The notes below the pieces were generated by a model. That model worked only from the letters and a program-made list of their open reading frames with translations. It had not been told where the DNA came from and ran no database searches. Source: a virus (lineage: Duplodnaviria > Caudoviricetes). Taken from it: 46,369 bases of DNA. How positions within the stretch are numbered: position 1 is the first letter of the stretch; the number at the start of each line of letters is the position of its first letter. Position numbers and translations under genes: made by a program. The stretch spans positions 1-46,369 of IMG/VR virus record IMGVR_UViG_3300012921_000005. One strand, written 5' to 3'. Below, piece after piece: positions 44,966 to 46,369 of the stretch.

Positions 44966-46369
44966 ATGACCACGACCGATATTGGTGATACGTATCCCGA
45001 GCTGCTGACCGCCGTCCGCGAGCGCTGGGCCGAGCTGGTCACCGGCAACACGCCGCTGTTCACGACCGACGCCGACGGCCTGTACGACCTCTACCTGGAG
45101 CACCTGCCGGCTGAGCGGCAGCGCCACACCTGCACCGCTTGCCGCCGCTTCTTCGCGGCCTTCGGCGGGCTCGTCGTTATCGATCAGGACGGCACGCAGC
45201 GATCACCACTGTGGGAGCCATCGCTCGTCCCTGAGTTCTACGTTCCCGCACTGCGTGTGCTGGCCGAGGTTGTGCGGCGCGCCAGGGTGACGGGCGTCCT
45301 CATCAGCGACCAGCGCACCCTCGGCACTCCGATCACCGGCGCTTACACGCACTTCGGCGTGAACCTCCCAAGCCAGCTCGTCCACCACGGCCGTGGCCGC
45401 GCACAGACGGCGCATCAGCGGGCGGCCGAGCTCCGCGAGGACTACGGCACGCTCTGCCGTGCCCTGGCCGACTTCACCCCGGAGATGCTGGCCACCGCGG
45501 TCAACCTGCTTCAAAGCGAGGCCCTGTACCGCTCCGAGCGGGTGCTAGGCCCCGCCCAGTGGCTCCAGCAGCTTCAGGCGCGGCGGGTGGCCGCCCGCGG
45601 TCGCAACCGCGACAATCTGACCTGGCTGGCGGTGGCGACCGCCCCGGCCGGCTTCTGCCACCCGCGCTCGTCGATGATTGGCACGCTGCTGGAGGACATC
45701 GCGAACGGCCTGCCCTTCGAGCAGATCAAGGCGCGCTTCGCCGAGAAGATGAACCCGACCCAGTACCAGCGGGCGCAGGCGGCCCCCGCCGCTGGTGCCA
45801 TCGCCCAGGCGGAGAAGCTCTTCGCCGAGCTGGGCTTAGCACCCGCGCTGGACCGCCGCTACCTGCAGCTCGACGAGCTGCCGCGCGACGTGCTGATCTG
45901 GGCGCCGGCGCCGGCCACGCCCAAGCAGCCGGCGTCCGAGGCCGGGGCATCGCTCTTTGGGCACCTGGCCACGAAGCGGCAGCCGACGGCACCCGCAGCA
46001 CCGGTGACGCCGGCAACCACGGTGACCTGGGAGAAGTTCCAGCGCACGGTGCTGCCAGGCGCTCAGCGCATCGAGGCCCGGGTGCCCGAGACGGCCGACC
46101 GCTTCATGGCCCTGGTTACCGCGGCCGACCCGACCGCCCCGCCGATCCTTCAGTGGGACAACCCGGTTTCCTGGTACTACGCCGGCGGCATCGACGCTGA
46201 GATCCGGCGGCGCCTCGTGCGGGCCGGCGGCCAGTTCGAGAACGTAGACATCCGCGTCTCGCTGATCTGGCACAACGAGAACGACCTGGATCTGCACGTG
46301 TTCACGCCAGCCGGCCAGCACATCTACTACGGCAGCAAGCGGGCGTGCCGGCACGGCGGCTTCCTCGAC
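44966..46369 (+). CDS. Large phage protein with HxCxxC motif and a YfaP/DUF2135-like domain, truncated by the window end
   Basis: Open to the window end, so absent from the ORF track. LFTTDADGLYDLYL..HTCTACRRF; DIRVSLIWHNENDLDLHV. Confidence 0.8.
   Translation, partial: MTTTDIGDTYPELLTAVRERWAELVTGNTPLFTTDADGLYDLYLEHLPAERQRHTCTACRRFFAAFGGLVVIDQDGTQRSPLWEPSLVPEFYVPALRVLAEVVRRARVTGVLISDQRTLGTPITGAYTHFGVNLPSQLVHHGRGRAQTAHQRAAELREDYGTLCRALADFTPEMLATAVNLLQSEALYRSERVLGPAQWLQQLQARRVAARGRNRDNLTWLAVATAPAGFCHPRSSMIGTLLEDIANGLPFEQIKARFAEKMNPTQYQRAQAAPAAGAIAQAEKLFAELGLAPALDRRYLQLDELPRDVLIWAPAPATPKQPASEAGASLFGHLATKRQPTAPAAPVTPATTVTWEKFQRTVLPGAQRIEARVPETADRFMALVTAADPTAPPILQWDNPVSWYYAGGIDAEIRRRLVRAGGQFENVDIRVSLIWHNENDLDLHVFTPAGQHIYYGSKRACRHGGFLD

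Larger units (their letters stand above)
1..46369. mobile_element. Temperate siphovirus-like phage genome segment (incomplete; attP-like junction internal)
   Basis: Integrase, tRNA-derived att, TerL, portal, HK97 capsid, tail tube, tape measure and endolysin are present. No sheath gene and no clear host housekeeping genes were seen. Confidence 0.9.

Overview
The whole window looks like part of one high-GC temperate siphovirus-type genome. The host is probably a Chloroflexota (Chloroflexales-like) bacterium, inferred mainly from a C-terminal LPLV sorting motif. From left to right: (i) a KGG-like peptide, radC and an intact tyrosine integrase pointing at the 3' half of tRNA-Gly(TCC), which has related arm-type repeats on both sides and so looks like attP; (ii) an accessory + strand operon (3274-8720) coupling a ParM/StbA actin-like ATPase and an RHH-type adaptor, which contains an 11-bp x4 repeat, to six membrane proteins; (iii) a ~31.6-kb minus-strand late region in atypical order: endolysin, fibres (one with a DUF4832-like glycanase), GpA-type TerL, portal, an array of small genes, gpF, a 2H-phosphoesterase/prohead-protease fusion, HK97 capsid, connectors, tail tube, -1 frameshifted chaperone, tape measure, tail tip and a secreted protein; (iv) a control region with an HNH-AP2 gene, an iteron-rich ~105-bp inverted repeat, a detached TerS-like gene, a triple-HTH protein and early genes that run off the window end. 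The best novelty candidates are the actin-plus-membrane operon, a repeated AACCUGAC two-hairpin late leader, the Acb1-like/protease fusion, the inverted-iteron locus and a TTGCA-N6-TGCAA operator network. All family calls come from reading motifs by eye; no searches were run.
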